Positions 1 through 8,705 of a stretch of 44,209 nucleotides of DNA are shown here, piece by piece. Position 1 is the first letter of the stretch. Every line of letters starts with the position of its first letter. Source of the stretch: a virus (lineage: Duplodnaviria > Caudoviricetes); the IMG/VR virus record IMGVR_UViG_3300037424_002275, positions 1 through 44,209 of that record; one strand, given 5' to 3'. The translations under genes and the position numbers were made by a program. The notes under the pieces are model-generated. The model ran no database searches, was not told the DNA's origin, and was given only the letters and a program-made list of their open reading frames with translations.

Positions 1-127
1 AACTGGAAATAAACGAGGCCAATATCGAGTAATTGACCCCAGCATGGCGCCGATGGATTGGGAAAGCTGCGATGTTGCTAAAACCTATGATTTCAAACTC
101 CCCCTGGGCCTGCACAAATTGATGTAC
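1..127. repeat. Terminal direct repeat (circular assembly overlap), copy 1
   Basis: 1-127 is identical to 44083-44209; it falls inside a gene and 127 is a common assembler k-mer length. Confidence 0.97.
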
Positions 128-742
128 CTTTACCCCAAAAATATTATTGTTATTGCCGGAGACACGAACGCCGGGAAGACTGCCTACCTTTTAAACGCCG
201 TGCGGGAAAACGCCGACACCCACGAAATTGATTATTTTACCAATGATCTCACTCCGGAAGAATTAAAGAAGCGGGTGCAGAGGTTCACCGAAGCCGGCAT
301 GAACACCGATAACTTTTCCAAATGCCGGTTCATCCCCCGGGTCAAAGATTTCCTGGACGTGCTTCATCCTGACCGGGTAACCATCATCGATTACCTCCAG
401 CTTACCGATAAGTTCTGGCTGGTGGCCGAGGATCTGGACAAGATCTATAACAAACTGGGCAAGGGCATTTGCATTGTAGCTATCCAGAAAAAAACCGGCG
501 TGAAACTTGGTCGTGGCGGGGATTTCGCTATGGAACGTCCCCGCCTGTATTTCACCCTGGAGCGCGGTAAGTTGATCGTCAAGAAAATGAAAAATCTTGT
601 CGACGCCGAGAAAGATCCGAACGAAAAATATGTGAAGTTCAATTTATGGGGCGGCTGTAAGTTTATTCCCAAGGGCGGCTGGCAAGGTGGGGCCAAAGAA
701 GAATCCCGGCAGCCTGGAGGCGATGATGATCTTCCCTTCTAG
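1..742 (+). CDS. 3' part of DnaB-like replicative helicase (P-loop NTPase)
   Basis: Walker A GDTNAGKT, DnaB-type Walker B IIDYLQL, acidic DDDLPF tail. Confidence 0.8.
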   Translation, partial: TGNKRGQYRVIDPSMAPMDWESCDVAKTYDFKLPLGLHKLMYLYPKNIIVIAGDTNAGKTAYLLNAVRENADTHEIDYFTNDLTPEELKKRVQRFTEAGMNTDNFSKCRFIPRVKDFLDVLHPDRVTIIDYLQLTDKFWLVAEDLDKIYNKLGKGICIVAIQKKTGVKLGRGGDFAMERPRLYFTLERGKLIVKKMKNLVDAEKDPNEKYVKFNLWGGCKFIPKGGWQGGAKEESRQPGGDDDLPF

Positions 743-1358
743 TTTAAAATTCACCATCATCATCCCGCCGAAGCCACAAAAACGGGCCCGGTCTGCCACC
801 AAGATCACCAAAACTGGCAAAGCCTTTACCATGGAATACAAAGACCCAGATCAGCGTTTGGAAGAACGGCGCATGATTAACTTACTCTTGGAGCACCGCC
901 CCCCCGAGCCCTTGCAAGGCCCCCTAATGTTTGGCATGAAAGCTTACCTGCCTATCCCGGCCAGCAAATCAAATAAGTGGAAACAAGCTGCCCTGGACGG
1001 CCTGGTGCGGCCCACGACCAAGCCTGACCTGGACAACCTGGCCAAAAATATCAAAGACGTGCTCAAGGGAATTTTTTGGATAGATGACTGCCAAGTAATA
1101 GGGTATCTTCCCGGTTTTGGAAAGTATTACGGCGCTCCCGCCAGATGGGAACTGGAAATTAAGCTCTGGCAACCGGACACATTAAAAAGTATAGTTGCAA
1201 CAACCTATCCCGACGTTTGCTTTAACTGTACTGGCCCGGTAGAGCCGAATAATTATTCTATTCGGGCTTACCGAGTCAAAAAATGTTGTCCGATTTGTGG
1301 GAACGATTACGAACACCTGCAAGAACCTGAAATGAAGAATAATAACTTGACACGATAA
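687..1358 (+). CDS. rusA: RusA-family Holliday junction resolvase with C-terminal Zn ribbon
   Basis: PKPQKRAR and PTTKPDLDNLAKNIKDVLKGIFWIDDCQVI motifs; CFNC...CPIC; true start probably ~723. Confidence 0.88.
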   Translation: MGPKKNPGSLEAMMIFPSSLKFTIIIPPKPQKRARSATKITKTGKAFTMEYKDPDQRLEERRMINLLLEHRPPEPLQGPLMFGMKAYLPIPASKSNKWKQAALDGLVRPTTKPDLDNLAKNIKDVLKGIFWIDDCQVIGYLPGFGKYYGAPARWELEIKLWQPDTLKSIVATTYPDVCFNCTGPVEPNNYSIRAYRVKKCCPICGNDYEHLQEPEMKNNNLTR

Positions 1359-1375
1359 ACTGAAAAACCTATATT
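1347..1375 (+). promoter_or_regulatory. Sigma70-type promoter
   Basis: TTGACA-17 nt-TATATT. Confidence 0.65.
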
Positions 1376-1396
1376 GAGGTTGGCACTAACTCCTTA

Positions 1397-1436
1397 ACTC
1401 CCCGGGGCCCTGGTCAGACCTCGGGGAGTTTTTTAT
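1397..1436. terminator. Intrinsic terminator between convergent operons
   Basis: AACTCCCCGGGG...CCTCGGGGAGTT followed by a T tract. Confidence 0.75.
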
Positions 1437-1687
1437 TCTTCTTCCTCCCATACTTCCCGGCAATACTTGGTTCGCAAAATAATAGAAGACGTGGCCATGA
1501 TCTTGAGACACATCTCCAGGCTGGCCACCAGGTTCTTCTCGATAGGAGCCTTCCGTAATGGCCGCAATGCCAGATCCAGGTGACAAACCGCATAATCCAT
1601 ATCCTTAACGAGAAGATCAATAAACTCGGGAGCCGGGAGGGGGTTATCGTCAACAACCTTAAGCACTACCTTCTGGAACTTTGCCAT
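1433..1687 (-). CDS. Hypothetical protein
   Basis: GAGGAGGT RBS before ATG 1687 (MAKFQKVV...), packed in the operon. Confidence 0.6.
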   Translation of the reverse strand: MAKFQKVVLKVVDDNPLPAPEFIDLLVKDMDYAVCHLDLALRPLRKAPIEKNLVASLEMCLKIMATSSIILRTKYCREVWEEEE

Positions 1688-1889
1688 CCTTGGCGACCTC
1701 CTCGCTGAACTCAGCATAGCAGCAAGCCGACCGATAACAAAACAAATGATGCGGGGGCCAGCCGGCGCCGTGGCCATAATCTCCCCACCGCGGATTGCAA
1801 ACTTCGCCGCAGCTTTGGCAGACGAAGACGAAGCCCGGCGCCGGTTCGGGAACACCCCGCTCCCATTTGTCGATGTCAGGGAGAGGCAT
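1659..1889 (-). CDS. Small Cys-rich (Zn-finger-like) protein
   Basis: CQSC...CYRSACC; start coupled to the upstream stop. Confidence 0.55.
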   Translation of the reverse strand: MPLPDIDKWERGVPEPAPGFVFVCQSCGEVCNPRWGDYGHGAGWPPHHLFCYRSACCYAEFSEEVAKDGKVPEGSA

Positions 1890-2179
1890 TAAGCAGATCC
1901 TACGGGATTCGGGCGGTCCACATAATAATCAGCCAGGCAGGAGAGACAATAAGGTCCATCAATCCCTTGTTCGAAATCCTCACCCCGAGCCGCCACCGTT
2001 CCACATTGGACACACTGGTCAGTTACCGGCTCCGCTGAGAGTGCGTCGTGGCAGCAGGGAGAGCGCCAGTCGTCGACCAGGCCCTTACCCCCGGTTCCCT
2101 CGTCGTGGTCCTCAGCGGGCCGTCTGAACTTCTCAGGGGTGCATTTCTGACCGCAGCATTGACAGTATGCTTCATCCAT
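1889..2179 (-). CDS. Zn-finger hypothetical protein
   Basis: CQCC, SPCC, CVQC, CLSC; GAGG RBS before MDEAY. Confidence 0.6.
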   Translation of the reverse strand: MDEAYCQCCGQKCTPEKFRRPAEDHDEGTGGKGLVDDWRSPCCHDALSAEPVTDQCVQCGTVAARGEDFEQGIDGPYCLSCLADYYVDRPNPVGSA

Positions 2180-2183
2180 ATTT

Positions 2184-2420
2184 TTATTCCTCACTTGTGG
2201 GGGAGGCCTCCACAGGAAACCGCCCCTTACTTTTGGGAATCTGGGGCAACTTATCTGCATCCCAGGGCCCATGATCAAGGTAAAACTGGCAGGGGGGAGA
2301 AGGCAGCGCCGGCCGGGGAATCTTCAAGACAATCTCCCGGGTGTACTGCTCCCCCATAGGCCACATCTGCCCATTGCCCGCGGCCAACCCCACCACCAGG
2401 AGCAGCGCCAAATACTTCAC
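2184..2420 (-). CDS. Small exported protein
   Basis: Signal-peptide-like MKYLALLLVVGLAAG; overlaps upstream stop. Confidence 0.55.
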   Translation of the reverse strand: MKYLALLLVVGLAAGNGQMWPMGEQYTREIVLKIPRPALPSPPCQFYLDHGPWDADKLPQIPKSKGRFPVEASPTSEE

Positions 2421-2689
2421 CCCTGACTCCCATCCGTAAGGTGCTCGATGATGATTGCCGCTTCTTCCGGATGGTACAAGTGCTGGATCGCTGCCTTCCC
2501 CTGGTCCATGTCGCCGGGAATTATCAGATTGCCAGGCTTCTTCCCACGCCGGCCGTCACGGGACACAAACCATTCAGTGCCCCATTTTATCCGGCCCTCC
2601 CGATCTTCCCGCATTTCCTGGGAGAGCCGGGCCGCAGTCACCAAGCATTGAGCCTTAGTCAGATACCGTTTCTTCTGGGTCAGATCCAT
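2417..2689 (-). CDS. Hypothetical protein
   Basis: AGGAGG RBS before MDLTQKK. Confidence 0.55.
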   Translation of the reverse strand: MDLTQKKRYLTKAQCLVTAARLSQEMREDREGRIKWGTEWFVSRDGRRGKKPGNLIIPGDMDQGKAAIQHLYHPEEAAIIIEHLTDGSQG

Positions 2690-4652
2690 CGGGTTCCTCC
2701 TGTGCAGGTTGATACCCTGCTTCATGGGCACAGTTCGGACAGAGCAGTTGATCATTAAACTCAATCAGGCCGTCCTCAGGGTGCATTTCGCCGCAGTTAT
2801 AGCAATCTGCAAATTCGCCGGTCCTGCCCGATTCCACAGCTACAACCGCCTCCTCCTTAAGCAAGTCGGACCGATCCGCTATCTCCTTGGGCAGCCGGCC
2901 ATGCAGGTCTACCCCGCAATTCAGAATCAGATTGACCAGGAAGGGTTTCTTTTCCTTGGCCAACTTCTCGATGTCGTTGGGCAAGCCCCGCCCTTTCAAA
3001 TATCGCTGAAATTCCGGATCGGGAAGAAGCCACAACTCAGAACCGATCAGCTTGATAATCTCGGCCTTGGTTTTCTTCTTAAGATATTCCTCCGTGACCA
3101 CAAAATTTTTCCAGTCGATCCCCAGGAACTCGGCCAGGGCCTGCCGGTCTTTATCGTTGAAGACGGTCTCATAGCCCCGGTCTTTCTTAAGAGCCACCCT
3201 TACCAGAGCCTCGGCCAGCAGCACCTTGATCCGGCCCGGATCCAACTCCCGCACCGTGAGCAGCAGAGAAGAAAAGCTAACCGCAAAGGTATAGTAATCG
3301 GGCAACTGGTGAACTGCACGCCCGGTTTCCTGCCAAAACCAATCATGCAGAAACTTGGCCGAATAGAGAACCGTGGCCAGGGTAAGTTGCAGGTGCCGGG
3401 GGTCGTCCGGGTCCAAAGCTTGCATGAGGCTGGGGATTTCCTGATGATAAAATTCCTGCCGGTAAAACTCGCCATGCCAGGGCACCCGGGGAGCATCCGG
3501 GTCTTTGGGTAGGGCCTTGCCGTTTTTATCTCGTCCTCGTTTGCCTTCCTTGACAATCGCGGCGAAGCACTCCTCCTCACCCATGCACACCCATTTATGG
3601 TTAAAAACCTCCAGACCATTCGCCAGGCGCAAGATGGTAGTGAAGTGGCCACACGACTGGCATTTTTCGCCCGGTTTCGGGTCGCCCCAATCGGGAAAAG
3701 CTCCAGTGGTTTCGGTGTTGTAATCCCCGATGATCGCCTGCTGAGTCCCGTACCTGTTCTCTTTACAGGTAGCCCAATTGACATCAAGCCAAGCCTGCTG
3801 TTTAGCCTGAAAACATTCCTGATCCTGACATTGGCCTTTCTCATTACAGGTATCGAAAAGTTTCCGTTGGCAATCAGTGTTCTTGGGGCACGCCTTACAA
3901 TCGGCCTTATCGAAACATGCTTTCTTCAAGGGCAAAGCCATTTGATCAATATTCCTGGCCAGGTCCCGCACCGTAAGGTCTTTGGCACGACTACCGAACA
4001 AACCCGACTGGAGCCTCATATACTCCTCCACCCGGTCCCCCAGGCGTAGAAACTGTTCCATGTGGCCCACATGCCAGGTCCCGGCCTGCCAGAGCACCAG
4101 CACCACCTCAGGCAGCTTAAGGATTTCAAGCCGTTTCCGAATGTACGGCTGCCGGACGCTGAGTTTTTCGGCCAGCACCTTCACCGCTGACTCCCCGTAC
4201 TGCTCGCTGCAGGACCGGATGAACTCGGCCTCCTCATAATCGGTGAAGCCCTCCCGTTGCAGGTTCTCGATGCCGGAGAGGATCATGGCCCGGGCCTCGT
4301 CCATTTCCTCGATCTCACAGCGCAGCACCGCATGAGCCGCATCGACCTTTTCGGAGAGCAGCTTCTTGGCCGCATAGCGCCGGTGGCCGAAGACCAGTTC
4401 ATAAAAATCAACTTGTCCTGACCCTTTGCATCGGAAACAAATTTCTCCAGAATCAGGATTGTACGTATAGCCGCCCCCTGTGCAATCAGGACATGTTTCT
4501 TTTACCGGCCGCACCAGGGCCGCCGACTTCTGGCCTTCCCGCCTGATGCTGGCCGCCAGGTCCTTAACCGCAGCCGGGTCCAGCCGTGAAGGTGGATTCC
4601 AGGGCGCCGGCCGAATCTGATCAAGGGGTATTTCGTGGATCTGGTTAGACAC
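2655..4652 (-). CDS. ParB/RepB/Spo0J-family protein with inserted Zn finger and Cys-rich C-terminal region
   Basis: IPLDQIRPAPWNP, LAASIRREGQ, YELVFGHRRYAA, ENLQRE, HTH region; CPDCTGGG..CFRCKGSG insert. Confidence 0.88.
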   Translation of the reverse strand: MSNQIHEIPLDQIRPAPWNPPSRLDPAAVKDLAASIRREGQKSAALVRPVKETCPDCTGGGYTYNPDSGEICFRCKGSGQVDFYELVFGHRRYAAKKLLSEKVDAAHAVLRCEIEEMDEARAMILSGIENLQREGFTDYEEAEFIRSCSEQYGESAVKVLAEKLSVRQPYIRKRLEILKLPEVVLVLWQAGTWHVGHMEQFLRLGDRVEEYMRLQSGLFGSRAKDLTVRDLARNIDQMALPLKKACFDKADCKACPKNTDCQRKLFDTCNEKGQCQDQECFQAKQQAWLDVNWATCKENRYGTQQAIIGDYNTETTGAFPDWGDPKPGEKCQSCGHFTTILRLANGLEVFNHKWVCMGEEECFAAIVKEGKRGRDKNGKALPKDPDAPRVPWHGEFYRQEFYHQEIPSLMQALDPDDPRHLQLTLATVLYSAKFLHDWFWQETGRAVHQLPDYYTFAVSFSSLLLTVRELDPGRIKVLLAEALVRVALKKDRGYETVFNDKDRQALAEFLGIDWKNFVVTEEYLKKKTKAEIIKLIGSELWLLPDPEFQRYLKGRGLPNDIEKLAKEKKPFLVNLILNCGVDLHGRLPKEIADRSDLLKEEAVVAVESGRTGEFADCYNCGEMHPEDGLIEFNDQLLCPNCAHEAGYQPAQEEPDGSDPEETVSD

Positions 4653-4959
4653 TGAATTTCTCCTTTAACCTTTTAATAAAATTTTCGGCTTGCTCCATGC
4701 TGTGAAAAACATTAGATTCTTCCGAGTAATTCCCCCGCCTGGTTTTGGGCGGCAAAATACCATCCCGGTCTTCCAGCAAGAACGTTGTGGATACCCCATA
4801 AATTACCGACCCTCGTTCCAAGCCCTCGCCCTTAGATAATTCATAGGCAATGGTCCCCCGTTTAATCCAACCATACCGGATTATCGTAGGGGTCATGAAG
4901 TTTCTGGAGTGAACCCCGTACTCCAGTTGAATCAGCACTTTAGGACTGGTGATTGCCAT
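4645..4959 (-). CDS. Hypothetical protein
   Basis: GAGGAG RBS; overlaps parB start. Confidence 0.65.
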   Translation of the reverse strand: MAITSPKVLIQLEYGVHSRNFMTPTIIRYGWIKRGTIAYELSKGEGLERGSVIYGVSTTFLLEDRDGILPPKTRRGNYSEESNVFHSMEQAENFIKRLKEKFSV

Positions 4960-5077
4960 TTTAATACTCCTCTGCCAGCGTCATCACCAGCCGGCCGGGC
5001 CAACGTGCTCTTTGACCGCGGCGGACTCCTGAGAATCAGTCACCAGGAGCAAGTTGCGGGGCAATTCCCCAATGGTT

Positions 5078-5320
5078 TTATATTCCTTCATCGTTTTCTT
5101 CTTCCTGCTCAAGATAGCTGATGTTTCTCTCACGGCTATACCACCACCTTACCCATCCGATTTGTACCCCTGTCACCGGATGGTGCACCAGGTAGTGGCG
5201 CCAGAGCCGATCGCTTCGATGGTAGGAAAGGATGTAAAGCTCGCGATCTTGCCACCAAAACCGTTCTTCGCCATGTTTTACCTGACGGAAACAGGCATAG
5301 TTAAACGACCGGCAAAGCAT
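5078..5320 (-). CDS. Hypothetical protein
   Basis: AAGGAGG RBS before MLCRSF. Confidence 0.55.
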   Translation of the reverse strand: MLCRSFNYACFRQVKHGEERFWWQDRELYILSYHRSDRLWRHYLVHHPVTGVQIGWVRWWYSRERNISYLEQEEENDEGI

Positions 5321-5381
5321 GACGTCCTCCTTAAAATGAAAGGGGCCAGGTTGCCCCGGCCCCCAGGTTTCGTTTCCAAAC

Positions 5382-5552
5382 CTACCTTCCCGCCAGGCCC
5401 ATGAGGTTTTCTTTGGCCTGGTCCCAATCCTTGATGGCTTTTTCCAAGTCAGTAAAAGGAGCACCCCGCATTACCAAATTTGCCAACCGGGTGCCGGCCC
5501 GGATGAGGTTCTTGTTCTGCGCCGCAAGATAATTCCTATTGGGCGTTTTCAT
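5382..5552 (-). CDS. Small hypothetical protein
   Basis: GAGGAGG RBS before MKTPNR, directly after the upstream stop. Confidence 0.5.
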   Translation of the reverse strand: MKTPNRNYLAAQNKNLIRAGTRLANLVMRGAPFTDLEKAIKDWDQAKENLMGLAGR

Positions 5553-5553
5553 C

Positions 5554-6219
5554 TTAAGCAGCCTCCTCACCCGCTTCCGCTTCCGGAACAACTTTTGGCA
5601 GCGGGTCACCCAAGACGTAGTAGAGCACATCGGCCTGGCCTTTGAAGGCGTCCCGGAAAAACTTGGCAGCGATTTCCTCGTTACCGTCTGCCAAGTCCAG
5701 ATACCGGTCATAGGCAGCCTGAGCTTGTTGCCGCTGATATACTACATGGCGGGCATTGCTTACGGCTCCCATGACCTCGTGCTGGAAGGCGTCGATCTGC
5801 TGCTGGCACTCGCAGTAGGCTTTGTTGGCCTCTTTGAAGGTCGTTTCAGCTTCCTTGGCCGCGGCGACCTGGCCCTTGACCTGTTCGAGTTCTTCTTTGC
5901 GGTAAAATTGCTGGGTCTCGATGCCCACATCGGTTTTCTCGTCCAGGTATTTGCGGTCGTAATCCGGGTAAACATAGTTAGGAGTGAAGATCACGGCGCC
6001 TTGCAGCACCTTGGCAACTTCCAGGTCCTCCACCAGCACCCCCTTCACGTGATAGGCCGACACCGTGGGGACGATCGCAATCCTCGACGTTTCAATCGGA
6101 AGGGGCTTGGTCACCATCTGGATACCGGCGAAAGCCACTTCAATGTCGATGAACTTTCGGATTTCCGCATCGGTCAAGGCGTTCAGTTCTTCCATGGTTA
6201 AATCGGTGTATCGTTTCAT
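5554..6219 (-). CDS. Hypothetical coiled-coil protein
   Basis: AAGGAGG RBS, 221 aa, phage-like codon usage. Confidence 0.8.
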   Translation of the reverse strand: MKRYTDLTMEELNALTDAEIRKFIDIEVAFAGIQMVTKPLPIETSRIAIVPTVSAYHVKGVLVEDLEVAKVLQGAVIFTPNYVYPDYDRKYLDEKTDVGIETQQFYRKEELEQVKGQVAAAKEAETTFKEANKAYCECQQQIDAFQHEVMGAVSNARHVVYQRQQAQAAYDRYLDLADGNEEIAAKFFRDAFKGQADVLYYVLGDPLPKVVPEAEAGEEAA

Positions 6220-6296
6220 ACTCTCCTCCTTATTTTTTTCTTATTTGAAAAATTCACCCTGGGACAAATCCTTATTTTTTATTTAAAATTTCCAGG

Positions 6297-6500
6297 TTAT
6301 CCGCTCTCCAGATGAGCCGGAAAGACAGGAATACCTTCTGCCTGCTTTACAGATTCTTGAAGGTCGGTGAGAGCAAGAAGCGCACTCGACATCAAATGCC
6401 CGGCCATTTCCAGCGCCTTTGCCGGGGTAAGATACTCCCGGGGGCCCCGATTTCGCTTGATAACTACTTTTTTGCTGTTCGGATCGTAATAGACCGCCAA
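6297..6500 (-). CDS. Hypothetical protein
   Basis: AAGGAGG RBS before TTG at 6500. Confidence 0.55.
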   Translation of the reverse strand: MAVYYDPNSKKVVIKRNRGPREYLTPAKALEMAGHLMSSALLALTDLQESVKQAEGIPVFPAHLESG

Positions 6501-6622
6501 TTTTGTTTCCTCCTTTAAAAATGGACCACCAGGCCCCGGCAAGAGGACCTGGTGCGTGTTAAGGGTCGAGCGCCGCCGCACCTTGCCGCCAACGGGTGTT
6601 ACTGCCACCGTCCAAAAAGGGT

Positions 6623-7072
6623 TTAATGCAGAGCCTTGAGGGTGTCGTGGAGCTTGCGACGACGGTTACGCTCATAAAGAGCATGACAGCTTAAATGATA
6701 AAAGCTGGTTCCATTTTGCTTTACTTTTTTTATAGAATCATACTCCTTGCAAAAACAACATCTACGCCAATCAGCATGCCCGCAAGCCTTATGTGCTCTG
6801 GTCCTTTGCTCTAATAGCATGTGATAAGCATTATCCTGACAAATCACTAAAGGACCATTGTCTTTAGAGCCATTGGCATGATGTACGGCCGCTCTCTTAG
6901 GCAGCGGTTTGCCAAATGCTTTTTCAGCAATAAGAATATGCTCGAACACATATCCTCTGCTATCCGCTCTTGAATGATGAGGCATATGAATTTGAACATA
7001 GCCGCGGCCGTGAATTTTGCATCCACCTTTCCAATTTGGATTGTTCGAACCGAATTGGTCTGCTTTTGCCAT
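6623..7072 (-). CDS. HNH homing endonuclease
   Basis: NPNWKGG, GYVFEHILIAEKAFGKPL, VHHANG..DN..LVIC..H; AT-richer than neighbours. Confidence 0.85.
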   Translation of the reverse strand: MAKADQFGSNNPNWKGGCKIHGRGYVQIHMPHHSRADSRGYVFEHILIAEKAFGKPLPKRAAVHHANGSKDNGPLVICQDNAYHMLLEQRTRAHKACGHADWRRCCFCKEYDSIKKVKQNGTSFYHLSCHALYERNRRRKLHDTLKALH

Positions 7073-7842
7073 TAGTGTAAATCCACGAGAGTTTTATGGA
7101 GAAGCCTATGCCTTTCCATGATCTCGTTCACCGGGGAGGTCTTGAGGGCCTGGTTGCAGGCGTTGTAGAGGCTCCAGATGTTGCGGGGCTCAAAGGCCGG
7201 CAGGGTCGGGTGATCCCATTCCCAGTAAGCGTGGGGAATTTGCCGGGGGGAGAGGACGTCGGCCCCGATGAGACGCCCCAGGAGCTCATGACCGTGCAGG
7301 TCACCGATCTTAACTTGCTTCATGGCTTCCACGTCGCTCTTGAGCGCATCCCAGGTCGGGGCATAGCGGTAGAGGGTGCCGATCGCCATATTCTCGATCG
7401 CCTCCCAAACCCCCTGCGTATGTTTCCTGACAATCCTGATTTCCCCGCTCATGGCCAGGTTGTCGCAGACGAAGACCCGGCCGCCCAGGGCCACGCCGAT
7501 GCTCATGGTTTTGTCGTAGCTGTTCCTGATTCCGATGCTGAGGCCCATGTCCTCGTCGTCCCCGTTCTTGTAGGTGAGGACCCCGAACATCTGCTTACCT
7601 TCCCGGGCCAGACCGAAGCTCTCTCGCACCAGGTCCCGGTGCAGCAGGTCCCGGGCGATACCGTCGATCTTCTCGATGAGGGTCAAATGCGGAACCGGGT
7701 GATAGGTGTCGGTCTGCTCCGGGGTGATCACTTCGGCCAGGGCCAGACGGTCCGCAGCTTTTCCGCCACAGTGAAGAACAAGTTTCCCTTCCATCGCTTC
7801 CATGCGTTTCTCCTTTGATTCAGTTGTATGAAATAGCTCCAC
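7072..7842 (-). CDS. DUF932-family protein
   Basis: TYHPVPH, GIRNSYDKT, RVFVCDNL, WSLYNA motifs. Confidence 0.75.
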   Translation of the reverse strand: MELFHTTESKEKRMEAMEGKLVLHCGGKAADRLALAEVITPEQTDTYHPVPHLTLIEKIDGIARDLLHRDLVRESFGLAREGKQMFGVLTYKNGDDEDMGLSIGIRNSYDKTMSIGVALGGRVFVCDNLAMSGEIRIVRKHTQGVWEAIENMAIGTLYRYAPTWDALKSDVEAMKQVKIGDLHGHELLGRLIGADVLSPRQIPHAYWEWDHPTLPAFEPRNIWSLYNACNQALKTSPVNEIMERHRLLHKTLVDLH

Positions 7843-7880
7843 GAGCCAAACAGCGCAGAATGATCATAAGCCAGAAAGAA

Positions 7881-8129
7881 TCAAGAGCTGGCACCGTACC
7901 GCTCCTTCATCACCCGCCCCTTGAACCCTTTCATGGCCTCAATCGGCAGAATTACTTGCGGGGCCCGGGTCGAAAAACAAAAGACCCCATAGTCCACTTG
8001 AACCCCGTTGCGTTCTTGAGACAGGACCGCATGGCGCCAATGATGCCCCAGGCGCGTTGTTACCTGATGCGCTATGATTTGTGATCCGATGTGGATTTGC
8101 AAATAGGCCCGATCGTTAATGAAATTCAT
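7881..8129 (-). CDS. Hypothetical protein
   Basis: AAGGAGG RBS, operon packing. Confidence 0.6.
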   Translation of the reverse strand: MNFINDRAYLQIHIGSQIIAHQVTTRLGHHWRHAVLSQERNGVQVDYGVFCFSTRAPQVILPIEAMKGFKGRVMKERYGASS

Positions 8130-8139
8130 GTGGCCCTCC

Positions 8140-8469
8140 TTAGCCGATACAGCACCAGCGCAATTCTTTACCGCCCTCTTTTACGGCCAGGGAAAACCAC
8201 TGGGCGAACTTAATTCCTTCTTGTTTGAAATTCTTGATCTTGTAATTCCGAATAGCCTCAGCCATTTCAGAATTAAGGGTAAAGGCCACCACGTCATAAA
8301 TGCGGTTCAATTCCTCTACCAATTCAAGGCATTTCTCCGGGTCAAACTGGCGCTCCGGGGGCAAGAAAACAAATTCAACTGGTTTATCACTTTTGCCGTT
8401 CAAACGGTCTCGCAGTTGTTGCGCAGCGCCACTGTTTTGCGGGAGCCAGGTCATCCAACAGACACGCAT
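8140..8469 (-). CDS. Hypothetical protein
   Basis: AAGGAGG RBS before MRVCW. Confidence 0.6.
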   Translation of the reverse strand: MRVCWMTWLPQNSGAAQQLRDRLNGKSDKPVEFVFLPPERQFDPEKCLELVEELNRIYDVVAFTLNSEMAEAIRNYKIKNFKQEGIKFAQWFSLAVKEGGKELRWCCIG

Positions 8470-8705
8470 GAATTTCCTCCTTAAAAACACGGGGGAGTTT
8501 CACCTGTACCACTCCCCGAAGGTTTTTGCGCCAAGGGTTTGTCGGATTACCTCAGCCTCCTGGCTTAAAACCGGCTATCCTTGATTAACGTGGGTTTGAG
8601 CGCCCCACAAGGTTTTGCCTCAGCGCAAATTGTGAAGAAGGTGGGCCAGCCTCTTTTCACGGCAAGGATACTGGCCTGGTCGCCTACTTTACCGCCACCT
8701 TCAAA

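Noticed and set aside
1-127. Terminal repeat as a biological DTR
   Set aside because: It falls mid-gene and its length matches a common assembler k-mer; it indicates circularity only.
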